This document shows positions 19,841-29,643 of a stretch of 64,000 nt of DNA, piece by piece. Under the pieces are notes generated by a model. The model was not told where the DNA came from, searched no databases, and saw nothing but the letters and a program-made list of their open reading frames with translations. Positions within the stretch are counted from its first letter, which is position 1; each line of letters starts with the position of its first letter. The DNA lies in contig OZ244621.1 of the NCBI GenBank assembly GCA_965218425.1, forward strand, positions 3,904,001-3,968,000. The letters are read 5' to 3'. Source of the stretch: an uncultured Candidatus Binatia bacterium (GTDB lineage Bacteria > Desulfobacterota > Binatia > UBA9968 > CAXXLF01). The position numbers and the translations under genes were made by a program.

Positions 19841-20830
19841 TTACCGCTTTTCCTCCCGATAAAGGCCCAGCGAAACCATGGAGGGCCAGTCGGTGATGGA
19901 AAAAAGGAGGCTATCCTCGTCCCTCCTGTTCCCGTGTTCGTGCCAGTTCCACGGGGGCACCATGAAAATATCCCCCTCTTCCCATTCGAATCTTTCGTCG
20001 TTAACCACGGTGGTGCCCCGTCCACGAAAGGCCTGGTAAACGGTGGTGCTCGTATGGCGGTGAGATCGGGTCTTCTCATCGGGTCTGAGCAACTGGATCT
20101 CACAGGAAAAAGTAGGCAACGTGGGCCCCCCATTGAAAGGGTTAACGTACTGCAATCGTATGCCGTCAAAAGGATCGCCTTCGCCCTCCTTGAGAGTCAA
20201 CAGGGTTGGATAGGTGTCGTCCCAACGGTAACGGAACGGGGGGGAAACGTATTCGTTCTTTATCCAGCTTGGCCGAGCGTAACCCAACGTCTTGGAGGAA
20301 TAGCCGTCCGGTTTCTCCACGGGTTGTCGATCCTGCTTATAGGGTTCCCCAAACATCCCGCCCATATAACTCACTAGACGCACGTCCAGGCCATCGAGCC
20401 AGATAATGGGCTCGTCGGAGCCGTTGAAGTGGTCGTGCCATGTCCAGTTTGGCGTGGTAATGAGATCCCCCTCTTCCATAGGGAAACACTCCCCCTCGAC
20501 AATGGTAAAGCCTTTGGGTGTTCCTTTGAGGACATACCGAATCGCCGCGGCCACATGACGATGGGCCGTGGCGATCTCCCCGGGCTTCACCAACTGGACG
20601 GAAAGGTGAATCGTATTGCTCATCCCCGCTTCCATGCTCGGATTTCGCAACTGGATGGTCCTTCTCCCGGTTTGATCCATGGGGACCACCTCCGCCGCCG
20701 TTTGCAGCCCTTCGTAGATCTCAGACCATTTCCATAAATAAGGCTTGATGGGTGTGGCGCGGTGATCTCGGTTCCAGTGACCGTTCAGGTTTCTTTCCTT
20801 AAGCCACTCATTCAAATCCGCCATGTCCAT
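19841..20830 (-). CDS. Gentisate 1,2-dioxygenase / 1-hydroxy-2-naphthoate dioxygenase-like bicupin
   Basis: PYLWKW, RRTIQLRNP, AHRHVAAAIR, WTWHDH, WLDGLD, GGPTLPT, SHRHTS. Confidence 0.88.
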   Translation of the reverse strand: MDMADLNEWLKERNLNGHWNRDHRATPIKPYLWKWSEIYEGLQTAAEVVPMDQTGRRTIQLRNPSMEAGMSNTIHLSVQLVKPGEIATAHRHVAAAIRYVLKGTPKGFTIVEGECFPMEEGDLITTPNWTWHDHFNGSDEPIIWLDGLDVRLVSYMGGMFGEPYKQDRQPVEKPDGYSSKTLGYARPSWIKNEYVSPPFRYRWDDTYPTLLTLKEGEGDPFDGIRLQYVNPFNGGPTLPTFSCEIQLLRPDEKTRSHRHTSTTVYQAFRGRGTTVVNDERFEWEEGDIFMVPPWNWHEHGNRRDEDSLLFSITDWPSMVSLGLYREEKR

Positions 20831-20878
20831 AACAATCCCCTCCCTTTCGTTGCAGCCTACGCAGTTTCCATCTGTAAA

Positions 20879-22021
20879 CTATTTACCATTTGAAATCCTG
20901 TAGAGGTTCGCCGCGTTCTCGTACAGGATCTTATGGCGCTCAGGGTCCGGCACCCCTGCAAAACTCCGAGCAATGTAGTCCCGGCTACTGGGCCAGGTGG
21001 ACGTGGCCAATGGAAAGTTTGTGGACCACATCACATTATCCGTTCCAATGAAACGCCGGGATTGAACTCCCGCACGATCATACCAACCCACCAGGTAACA
21101 CTGCCGCTTGAACATCTCTGAGGGTTTCAGCTCGTACCCCTCATTTTTCAGCCCATCTTCCCTGGCCTGATGATCGACATACTCCAGAAGGTAGGAGCCC
21201 CAGCCGAGAGTGCTCTCCACGAACACCACCTTCAGCTGGGGAAACCGCGTCAGAATACGGGAGATGAGAAAGTCCACCAGGATTGAAATACTGCTCGCCG
21301 ATCGTGTGATGGATTCAAAGGCTCCGGACAATATTGGTGAATAGCCCTCGTGGGGTTCAATCTGAATCTTACTCGATGCCCCGGCATGGAGGCACAGCGG
21401 TACTTCAAGCTCCTGACAGGTGCCCCAGATAGGGTCATAGACGGATTCGTTTAAGTGAGGGAGATCACGGAGCTCCATGGGAACTGAAGGAAACACAACC
21501 CCTCGATGCCCCTTGGCCACGGCGCGCTTGATCTCTTGAACGGCGGCCTCCACGGGGGCAAGGGGCACGATACACTGAGGTATGAAACGCTCGCTTTTGC
21601 TGGACCATTCCTCAATCAGCCAGTCATTGTATGCCCGCACGCAAGCCAACTCGAACTGCGCATCTTCGATTCGACCAAAGGTTTCACCTGCCATGCCGGC
21701 CACAGTGGGATACAAAACAGAGCAATCCACTCCGTCCGCATCCATAATCTTGAGACGTTCATCAGGCTTATAGGTTACCTCGGGTACTTCCTCCCAGCAC
21801 CGGGGCTTATGGGTCCGATCACGCATGGCAGCACCCACTGAGGCTACACCGGTCAGGGGATAGGACCGTCCGTCGACGACCCAATGCTCGGTCCCATCCG
21901 CCTGGGGTTCAACATGTGGAATGCGCCCGCCCCACTTGGTTTTCGATAAACGCTGGGTCCAAACCTCCGGGTGTTCCAGCACATGGTCATCAACGCTGAT
22001 AAAGCCGTACTTCGTCTTCAT
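20879..22021 (-). CDS. Amidohydrolase_2 family protein with degenerate C-terminal motif (STNFPL)
   Basis: ISVDDH, YNDWL, LCLHAG, FVES; WSTNFPL in place of WxxD(F/Y)PH. Confidence 0.88.
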   Translation of the reverse strand: MKTKYGFISVDDHVLEHPEVWTQRLSKTKWGGRIPHVEPQADGTEHWVVDGRSYPLTGVASVGAAMRDRTHKPRCWEEVPEVTYKPDERLKIMDADGVDCSVLYPTVAGMAGETFGRIEDAQFELACVRAYNDWLIEEWSSKSERFIPQCIVPLAPVEAAVQEIKRAVAKGHRGVVFPSVPMELRDLPHLNESVYDPIWGTCQELEVPLCLHAGASSKIQIEPHEGYSPILSGAFESITRSASSISILVDFLISRILTRFPQLKVVFVESTLGWGSYLLEYVDHQAREDGLKNEGYELKPSEMFKRQCYLVGWYDRAGVQSRRFIGTDNVMWSTNFPLATSTWPSSRDYIARSFAGVPDPERHKILYENAANLYRISNGK

Positions 22022-22095
22022 GCTTTAATGCTCCACTAAGTCACGCCTCTGGATCCGTTGAGTCGCGTTTAAGGCCTTTCAGCCTCCAGCACCGA

Positions 22096-23259
22096 CTAGA
22101 GCTTGTAAAACTTCACCGCGTTGTTAAACAGGAGTTTTTCACGCTCATCCTTGGGGACTCCCTCCATCACACGTTCCACCCACTTCCAGGAATCCGGGAA
22201 AGTGGAGCTCACGTGGGGGTAGTCCGATTCCCACATAATATTGTTGAGCCCGATTTTGTGCCGCAGCTCTAAACCCGAGAATTCAAACCAGAAATCCACG
22301 TAAATCTGGCGGCGAAACGCTTCACTGGGCCGTGTAAGAACTCCTTCGGTCCACAGGTGGCGCCGCTCCCACTCGTGATCGCAGCTTTCCAAAACAAAAT
22401 TGAACCAACCCATCCCCGTTTCGGCGCACATCCATTGGAGTCGCGGGTACCGATCCATCCTGCCCGAGAAAAAGAGATTGGGTATCAGCTGGCACGGGGT
22501 TGAGCATAGGCGCCCCGTGGATGAGGTATGAAACTGGCGCGTGGTGTACCCTTTCCAGCGAGGCACCGCTAGCTGAGTGGACAGACCGGAGGAGCCGTGC
22601 CAGTGTATGGGGAGACCGTGATCCTGGCAAGCGGCCCATAGAGGCTCCCAAGTAGGATCGTTGGAGTGTTTAATGCCCTTCAATGATTTGCTGGGCTCTG
22701 CCAGCATGACGATGCCGCGATGTCCTTTCTTCGCAGACCTTTCCACTTCGGCTACAATGGTCTCCATGGGACTGAGATAAGGGATAACCGCCAACGGAAC
22801 ATACCGATCGCTCTCTTGCCGCCACTCCGCCAGGGCATCGTTGTAGGCCTGTACGCAGGCCAGTTCGTACTCGACATCATCATAAAAAAAGGTGCCCCCT
22901 GCAGTTGGATTATTGGGGAACAGCACCTCGGCATCGATGCCGTCCTCATCGAGGGCCTTCAATCGTTCCAAAGGGTTATAGACCTTGGCGGGCACTTCTT
23001 CCCAACGCTGCGGATAGTAAGGATCGGTTGGGCCGTCCATTACGGCTGGGCAATTAACCACTGAGCCGCCAAAGGGGTCACCCTGAACTTTGCCATTGAC
23101 CTTCCACCGATCCACGTAACCTTCAGCCCCTTCAGTCTTTATCTCCACAACCTGCGGGATCCGATCTCCCCATTTGGTCTTGGACATACGGCTTGTCCAT
23201 GCGTCCCTGTCCAGCTGCGCGTGTGAGTCACAGCTGATCAATCCAAACTTGATATCCAT
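22096..23259 (-). CDS. Amidohydrolase_2 family metal-dependent hydrolase
   Basis: ISCDSH, DEDGIDAEVLFP, IHWH, CAETG, WESDYPH. Confidence 0.9.
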   Translation of the reverse strand: MDIKFGLISCDSHAQLDRDAWTSRMSKTKWGDRIPQVVEIKTEGAEGYVDRWKVNGKVQGDPFGGSVVNCPAVMDGPTDPYYPQRWEEVPAKVYNPLERLKALDEDGIDAEVLFPNNPTAGGTFFYDDVEYELACVQAYNDALAEWRQESDRYVPLAVIPYLSPMETIVAEVERSAKKGHRGIVMLAEPSKSLKGIKHSNDPTWEPLWAACQDHGLPIHWHGSSGLSTQLAVPRWKGYTTRQFHTSSTGRLCSTPCQLIPNLFFSGRMDRYPRLQWMCAETGMGWFNFVLESCDHEWERRHLWTEGVLTRPSEAFRRQIYVDFWFEFSGLELRHKIGLNNIMWESDYPHVSSTFPDSWKWVERVMEGVPKDEREKLLFNNAVKFYKL

Positions 23260-23362
23260 GGATGTTCCTCCTGGTGGCGATACCTACAAAATACCTCACC
23301 GTAACGCTCCGCACGCTCGGGCTTCAAATCATGCGCCTGTGCGCCCAGCCAATGTCGAAAGC

Positions 23363-24520
23363 CTATGCATTGTTTTCAAGATGGAAGTAATCCACCGCAT
23401 TGCTGACCGACATCTTGTATCGCTCCCTCTCCGGCACGCCTGCAAACATCTCCTCAAAGAGACGATCCGAATGCGGCCAATCGCTGATGGCATGGGGAAA
23501 ATCGCTGCCCCACATGAGCTTGTTCACATCAACTTCATTGCGGACCTTCATACCAAAAACATCGCGATTGAATCCCCACCAGCAATGGTCACGGATGTAC
23601 TCACTGGGCCGGCGCCGCAGGGGTTCCAATCCCAGCAACCGTTTCGCCCAATGGCGGTTCCGTTCGTAGGAATCGTCTAGACTCTCCAGAAAACTCGGCA
23701 CCCACGCCACCTGGGTCTCCGCCCAAAAGATTCGCAACTTGGGATAGCGGTCGAAGACACCCGCGAGAATCATCTGAACCGTGTTCTGACCTGCGGGGGC
23801 GAAACGCGCCAGCAGCCGCACCAGATTGCTGCCTCCGAAATCCATTTCGCCTGGGTCAAGCCGGTATTTAAAGCTTGGCTCCCCGGGATTCGACTGCAGC
23901 GCGACGTGCACGGTCACCGGCATATTGAGATCCAGGGCCGCCGCCCAGAAGCGGTCGTCCTCCGGAGCCGGGTAGCTCTTGCCGTTTGGGAACTTGAAAA
24001 GAACGATTCCCTTCAACCCCAGGCGGGCACAGTGCTCCAGCTCCGCTACTGCGTCACCGATGCCCGTATCCGGGATAGCGCCCATGGCAATCAACCGGTG
24101 GGGCGCCACCGCACAGTACTCTTCCCCAAGGAACTCGTTGTAGGCGTGAAATATCGCCTTGTAGGCATCGTTGTCCTTAATCCCGCGCCACAAATTTGGC
24201 CCCACCCCTCCGAGAAAGAGAACCTCCCCATCGACTCCGTCCTGCTCCTGTTCGCGCAATCGTTGTTCGGGGCTTCCGGCACCGGCTGAGTTTTCGTACC
24301 TGTGACCTCGCGGGGCGTGCTCCTCAAAGGGGCGCCCACCCAATGCCAGACCGACGATGTAAAGGGACCGGTTCTCCACCGCCACGCCGTTACCGCCGTC
24401 GGGCAGGTCGATGAGACGCGGAGCTCGTTCTCTGTACTTGATAGGGACTCGTGGCGTCCATCGTTCGGGGGAAACCTCCAGATGACCGTCAGCGGATAGG
24501 ATTCGATATTTTTGTGCCAT
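23363..24520 (-). CDS. Amidohydrolase_2 family metal-dependent hydrolase
   Basis: Start MAQKYRILSADGH (ATG 24520, RBS AAGGAAG); VTVH, WAETQ, WGSDFPH. Confidence 0.9.
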   Translation of the reverse strand: MAQKYRILSADGHLEVSPERWTPRVPIKYRERAPRLIDLPDGGNGVAVENRSLYIVGLALGGRPFEEHAPRGHRYENSAGAGSPEQRLREQEQDGVDGEVLFLGGVGPNLWRGIKDNDAYKAIFHAYNEFLGEEYCAVAPHRLIAMGAIPDTGIGDAVAELEHCARLGLKGIVLFKFPNGKSYPAPEDDRFWAAALDLNMPVTVHVALQSNPGEPSFKYRLDPGEMDFGGSNLVRLLARFAPAGQNTVQMILAGVFDRYPKLRIFWAETQVAWVPSFLESLDDSYERNRHWAKRLLGLEPLRRRPSEYIRDHCWWGFNRDVFGMKVRNEVDVNKLMWGSDFPHAISDWPHSDRLFEEMFAGVPERERYKMSVSNAVDYFHLENNA

Positions 24521-24881
24521 GATCGATACTTCCTTATTCCTTATTTTGAAAAATCCTCTTATTGCATAGGCTTCTTTCAGCACCAGTCCATGGTTTTGTC
24601 GCTCGTTGCTTCTGGTTCGCAAAAATGAAAAGGCCAACTCATTCCAAGCGATGCATCACAAAGAATGGCTGGCCTAAACCAATGACTTCTTCCCTCCGAG
24701 AAACTCCTTGAACCTCCGACAGGCCTCACGGCTCATGGCTAGCTATCGCCAACAAGTGGCAAGGCCTTCAATCAACGTTTCGCCCCAGCTTTTAGTAGAG
24801 TCTATTATACCTGTCAACCCTCTCTACGTTTGTGCTTTACCTCTAACAAACTCCAACTTTAGATCGGTGGTGTCAGGTGGT

Positions 24882-26030
24882 TCAATTCTCCAGATGGAAG
24901 AACTCCACCGCATTGCTCACCAGCATCTTATGCTGCTCGTCCTCAGGAATTCCCTCGAACATTTTCTTGATGACTTGACGGGAATGGGGCCAATCTCCGG
25001 CGGAATGGGGAAAGTCATTGCCCCACATGATCCGATCGATGTTGATATCGTGGCGCAAGCGCAACCCGATGGGATCATAGATAAAACCCCACCAGCAATG
25101 CTCCCGGATATACTCGCTGGGCTTGCGTTCCAATGGCTTGAGACCGAAATCACGTTCGATCCAATATCGACTCCGCTTGTAAATATCGTCAAGCTGCTCA
25201 TAGAAGTAAGGAAGCCAGCCCATCTGGGTCTCCGCCCAGAAGATCCTTAACTTCGGAAAACGCTCAAAGACACCGGCAAGTATCAGTTGAATGGCATTAA
25301 GGCCACTGTTTCCTCCAAACCTCGTCAGTACCCGAATGGGATCTCCCCCGAAGGCCACCTCCCCGGGGGTACGCGGGTATTTGAAGGTGGGCCCCTCTCT
25401 GCCAAGAAATCCCACGTGCACCGTCAACGGGATACCGATGTCGATGACGGACGCCCAAAACCGGTCGTCTTCCGGTGTCGGAAATCCTTTGCCACTGGGA
25501 AAGGAATTCAAGGCGACTCCTTTGAGACCTGCACGCGCACAGTACTCCATTTCTTGAATGGCATCGTCAATGCCGGAACTCGGGATCACCGCCATGGCTA
25601 ACAACCGGTCCCGGTCAACAGCACAGTACTCCTCCGCCAGGAACTCATTATAGGCATGGACCACAGCCCTGTAGGCCTCATCGTTCTTGATACCGCGCCA
25701 GAAGGAAAGGTTTCCTGCAGAGGTATATAGAACTTCGCCGTCCACCCCATCCCGGATCTGTTCCTGAATGCGCTCTTGCGGACTCCCCGCCCCGGGGCTA
25801 CCCTGGTAGTTCAAACCAAAGAGTTTGTGTTCTTCATAGGGTTTTCCGGTGATCGCAAGCCCGAGAACGTACACATCCTGACCCTCAACGATGATCCCGT
25901 CACCCCCATCGGGAAGTTTAACCAGACGTGGGGCACGGTCTCGATACTTGGCCGGCACGCGGGATGTCCAGCGATCAGGAGATATCTCCAGATGTGAATC
26001 CGCAGAGAAAAGGTTGTATTTGCTTGCCAT
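24882..26030 (-). CDS. Amidohydrolase_2 family metal-dependent hydrolase
   Basis: FSADSH, LTVH, WAETQMGW, WGNDFPH; close paralog of 23363-24520. Confidence 0.9.
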   Translation of the reverse strand: MASKYNLFSADSHLEISPDRWTSRVPAKYRDRAPRLVKLPDGGDGIIVEGQDVYVLGLAITGKPYEEHKLFGLNYQGSPGAGSPQERIQEQIRDGVDGEVLYTSAGNLSFWRGIKNDEAYRAVVHAYNEFLAEEYCAVDRDRLLAMAVIPSSGIDDAIQEMEYCARAGLKGVALNSFPSGKGFPTPEDDRFWASVIDIGIPLTVHVGFLGREGPTFKYPRTPGEVAFGGDPIRVLTRFGGNSGLNAIQLILAGVFERFPKLRIFWAETQMGWLPYFYEQLDDIYKRSRYWIERDFGLKPLERKPSEYIREHCWWGFIYDPIGLRLRHDINIDRIMWGNDFPHSAGDWPHSRQVIKKMFEGIPEDEQHKMLVSNAVEFFHLEN

Positions 26031-26095
26031 GATTATTAACTCCTTTTAACATCCTCGGAACTAGTCAACTCAATCCTGGCGCATCAAAGTATTTG

Positions 26096-27277
26096 TCAAC
26101 TCGATTTCTGAGTGCAGTGGGGTGACACATGCCCCATGTTGCAAGGGACCCCGCCCTTTGCCAACTCGGCCTCAAAATCGCGATGAATCCCGAGGTCCTC
26201 ATCCTGTATGGTGATCACATCTTCTCCTCCCCATGCCACACCACTTTCATGGCTTCCCTTGACGGTATAAACGTAGGCCCCTCCACCCCTCTTGGGCTTC
26301 TCGCTCCCCCAACCCACTGCCAGATGAAGCAGCGGCTCCGGCCCGGTATTGAAATGCTGGTGCCACCACATTTCAGGCGGAACGAATATGGAGCCCGGAC
26401 CGTAGTCCACCCGTACCACTGGGCCCCCCTGTGGCCACATCAAGGTGTAACCACGGCTTGTAAGAATAATGATATGAAGCCCCGGACCGTGACGATGGGC
26501 ATTGAGATAAGTGCCGATGGGCCATTCGGCAGAGTGGGATCTCATGGTGCTGTTGACCAGTTCGAAGACTGCCGTTGTAGCCCTTACTCCTCTAGGCCCC
26601 GACCCTTTGGGATCATCGGCTCTCGGATTGGCCTCCCTAACGTCGGCAACAAAGTTGGTCACCAACTTGAGGGCGCTGCCACCATGGGTGGTGGTGGGAG
26701 CCTGGGTTTTAAAATAGTCCTTCTCTCCCTTGAACCGATCGCTGAACACATAGGGATTGTTAAATACGAAATCCAGGTCCTTGAACGTGTTGATTACCCG
26801 CGGCGCCGCCGTCATCCCCACATACCGCGCAGGCTCCGTCCCCGATCCGTTGTGGTGCTGGTACCAAGCATTGGGCGGTATGGCGAAGAAACTCCGCTCC
26901 CCCCACTCAAAGGTCACCTTCTTTTTCTCATCCGTCCACACCGTCGTGGCCCCATGCCCCTTGAGAATAAAAGTGTTATCCTCGTAGATATGCCGAACGG
27001 GCTTTAGCGACTTGCCCGGTGGGATCTCACAAACGTAACTGTCGGTGAACCCTTCGCTCCCCTCCAGGTTGATGAAGATCCCGGACCCGCCCCGTGTTTC
27101 CCACGGGTAGAGTTTCTGGGTGTAGAGATTGTCCACGCCCCAACCTCGCAACGTAGGCAATCCCTCCTGCTCTTTCCACATCTCGTAGGGTGACTTGTAT
27201 CCCCTGCCTGTTTGACTATCCCAATAGGGTTTCTTGTCTCCGCCGTTTCCTTCAAAGGCAGCCAATGGTTCCGTCAT
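26096..27277 (-). CDS. Bicupin protein (SPYExW-EGLP subfamily), copy A
   Basis: SPYEMWKEQEGLP, AHRHGPG, WHQHFNTG; near-duplicate of 28315-29493. Confidence 0.85.
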   Translation of the reverse strand: MTEPLAAFEGNGGDKKPYWDSQTGRGYKSPYEMWKEQEGLPTLRGWGVDNLYTQKLYPWETRGGSGIFINLEGSEGFTDSYVCEIPPGKSLKPVRHIYEDNTFILKGHGATTVWTDEKKKVTFEWGERSFFAIPPNAWYQHHNGSGTEPARYVGMTAAPRVINTFKDLDFVFNNPYVFSDRFKGEKDYFKTQAPTTTHGGSALKLVTNFVADVREANPRADDPKGSGPRGVRATTAVFELVNSTMRSHSAEWPIGTYLNAHRHGPGLHIIILTSRGYTLMWPQGGPVVRVDYGPGSIFVPPEMWWHQHFNTGPEPLLHLAVGWGSEKPKRGGGAYVYTVKGSHESGVAWGGEDVITIQDEDLGIHRDFEAELAKGGVPCNMGHVSPHCTQKSS

Positions 27278-27290
27278 TTTTCCTCCCGTG

Positions 27291-28277
27291 CTATTTCTTT
27301 TCCTCTCGGTAAAGCCCCAAGGCGCGCATGGCGGGCCAATCTGTAATGGAATACAAAATCGAATCGTTAACCGAGCGGTTCTCGTGACTGTGCCATTGCC
27401 ATGGGGGGATCACCAAAATGTCTCCTTGAATCCATTCAAACGTCTGATCCTCGATCATAGTTGTCCCTTCACCCCGAAAGACGTGGTAAACGGTGGTGCT
27501 GTTGTGCCTGTGGGACCTGGTTTTTTCATTGGGCCTTAAAAGCTGAATTTCGCAAGAGTACGTTGGAAGTGTAGGACCCCCGTTTACCGGGTGGGAGTAT
27601 CGCAAGTGGATCCCGTCATGGGGATCACCGTCGCTCTCTTTCAGAGCTAAAAGGGTCGCGTAGGTGTCCGACCAACGATAGCGAGACGGCGGCGTCGGGT
27701 GCTCATGCTCGATCCAAGTGGGCTTGGCCTTGCCCAGTACCGTAGACGAGTACCCCTGGGGTTTTTCTACGGGTTGGTGACTTTGCGGGAATGGTTCATT
27801 GATGTGCTTGCCAATACTCACCAGACGAGCATCCATGCCGTCCAACCAAATGGCAGGCTCGCTGCCGCCGTTGTAGTGATCGTGCCAGGCCCAGTTGGGT
27901 GTAGTGACGAGATCCCCCTCCTCCAATGGGAAGGCCTCGCCGTCCACAATAAACTCGGCCCCGGGCGCTGCCTTGAGTACGAACCGGGTCTCCCCCGTAA
28001 GATTACGGTGGGCCTTTGTTCGCTCGCCCGGTTTCAAACATTGGACGGAGAAATGGAGAGTGCGACTCATTCCCTCAGTCAGACCGGGATTTTTGAGCTG
28101 AATGGTTCTCATTGGCACGGCACTGATGGGGACCAGCTCTGCAGCCTTTGAAATTCCTTCGTAGAGGTCAGCCCATTTCCACAGGTGTGGTTTGACCTCA
28201 CCCCCACCCCCTTCCCTCTTCCACATGCCCTTCAAATGTTTGTCCTCTAGCCAGTGATCCAATTCAGTCAAGTTCAT
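27291..28277 (-). CDS. Gentisate 1,2-dioxygenase-like bicupin (HRN..E variant)
   Basis: Start MNLTELDHWL (RBS GAGGG); KAHRNLTGE, WAWHDH, SHRHNST, WQWHSH. Confidence 0.87.
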   Translation of the reverse strand: MNLTELDHWLEDKHLKGMWKREGGGGEVKPHLWKWADLYEGISKAAELVPISAVPMRTIQLKNPGLTEGMSRTLHFSVQCLKPGERTKAHRNLTGETRFVLKAAPGAEFIVDGEAFPLEEGDLVTTPNWAWHDHYNGGSEPAIWLDGMDARLVSIGKHINEPFPQSHQPVEKPQGYSSTVLGKAKPTWIEHEHPTPPSRYRWSDTYATLLALKESDGDPHDGIHLRYSHPVNGGPTLPTYSCEIQLLRPNEKTRSHRHNSTTVYHVFRGEGTTMIEDQTFEWIQGDILVIPPWQWHSHENRSVNDSILYSITDWPAMRALGLYREEKK

Positions 28278-28314
28278 AGCGCCCTCTTCAAATGAAATAG
28301 TTGACTTCCACTTG

Positions 28315-29493
28315 CTAGGCTTTCTGTGTGCAGTGAGGAGAGACGTGACCCATGTTGCAAGGGACTCCGCCCTTTGCCAGGTCGGCTTCAAAGTCGCGAT
28401 GAATCCCGGGGTCCTCATCCTGTATGGTGATCACGTCTTCCCCACCCCATTTGGCACCGGTTCCATAGTCACCCGAAACTGTGTAAACGTAAGCGCCGCC
28501 GCCCTTCTTTGGCTTCTCGCTCCCCCAGCCGACCGCCAGATGAAGCAGCGGCTCCGGCCCGGTATTGAAATGCTGGTGCCACCACATTTCAGGCGGAACG
28601 AATATGGAGCCCGGACCGTAGTCCACACGTACCACTGGGCCCCCCTGTGGCCACATCAAGGTGTAACCACGGCTTGTAAGAATAATGATATGAAGCCCCG
28701 GACCGTGACGATGGGCATTGAGATAAGTGCCGATGGGCCATTCGGCAGAGTGGGACTTCATGGTGCTGTTGACCAGGTCAAATACCACTGACGTTCCTCT
28801 CACTCCCCTGGGTCCCTTCCCTTTGGGATCATCGGCCCTGGGAGTCACTTCCCTAACATCAGAAACAAAATTGGTCTCCATGTGGAGTGCAGTCCCACCG
28901 TGAGTCGTGGTTGGGGTTTTGGTCTTGAAATAGTCCTTCTCTCCCTTGAACCGATCGCTGAACACATAGGGATTGTTAAATACGAAATCCAGGTCCTTGA
29001 ACGTGTTGATTACCCGCGGCGCCGCCGTCATCCCCACATACCGCGCAGGCTCCGTCCCCGATCCGTTGTGGTGCTGGTACCAAGCATTGGGCGGTATGGC
29101 GAAGAAACTCCGCTCCCCCCACTCAAAGGTCACCTTCTTTTTCTCATCCGTCCACACCGTCGTGGCCCCATGCCCCTTGAGAATAAAAGTGTTATCCTCG
29201 TAGATATGCCGAACGGGCTTTAGCGACTTGCCCGGTGGGATCTCACAAACGTAACTGTCGGTGAACCCTTCGCTCCCCTCCAGGTTGATGAAGATCCCGG
29301 ACCCGCCCCGTGTTTCCCACGGGTAGAGTTTCTGGGTGTAGAGATTGTCCACGCCCCAACCTCGCAACGTAGGCAATCCCTCCTGCTCTTTCCACATCTC
29401 GTAGGGTGACTTGTATCCCCTGCCTGTTTGACTATCCCAATAGGGTTTCTTGTCTCCGCCGTTTCCTTCAAAGGCAGCCAATGGTTCCGTCAT
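28315..29493 (-). CDS. Bicupin protein (SPYExW-EGLP subfamily), copy B
   Basis: Same motifs as 26096-27277; RBS GGAGG. Confidence 0.85.
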   Translation of the reverse strand: MTEPLAAFEGNGGDKKPYWDSQTGRGYKSPYEMWKEQEGLPTLRGWGVDNLYTQKLYPWETRGGSGIFINLEGSEGFTDSYVCEIPPGKSLKPVRHIYEDNTFILKGHGATTVWTDEKKKVTFEWGERSFFAIPPNAWYQHHNGSGTEPARYVGMTAAPRVINTFKDLDFVFNNPYVFSDRFKGEKDYFKTKTPTTTHGGTALHMETNFVSDVREVTPRADDPKGKGPRGVRGTSVVFDLVNSTMKSHSAEWPIGTYLNAHRHGPGLHIIILTSRGYTLMWPQGGPVVRVDYGPGSIFVPPEMWWHQHFNTGPEPLLHLAVGWGSEKPKKGGGAYVYTVSGDYGTGAKWGGEDVITIQDEDPGIHRDFEADLAKGGVPCNMGHVSPHCTQKA

Positions 29494-29568
29494 TTATTTT
29501 TCCTCCTGCTCTCTTATTTTTCGGCAGTTAGCCGAGAGACCATTCTCTAACCCTTCAAGTTGACCTGC

Positions 29569-29588
29569 TGGAATGCATTCCAAGCGAT
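29569..29588. promoter_or_regulatory. Putative operator: palindrome TGGAATGCATTCCA overlapping motif CATTCCAAGCGAT shared with 24640-24652
   Basis: Perfect 14-bp palindrome 29569-29582; 13-mer recurs upstream of the 23363-24520 gene. Confidence 0.45.
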
Positions 29589-29643
29589 TCTTTTAAAGGT
29601 AAACAATTAATATATAAAGCAGTTCTAAGTGTTACGGTAGCCG

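Larger units (their letters stand above)
26712..29495. repeat. Direct repeat, offset 2216 bp: 26712-27279 = 28928-29495 (and 26319-26539 vs 28535-28755)
   Basis: About 568 bp identical by eye (alternative-frame ORFs 27004/29220 and 26757/28973 are also identical); second 221-bp block with one mismatch. Confidence 0.9.

Noticed and set aside
26096..29495. Diversity-generating retroelement template/variable repeat pair
   Set aside because: Differences are not adenine-specific, both copies are full genes and no reverse transcriptase is present.
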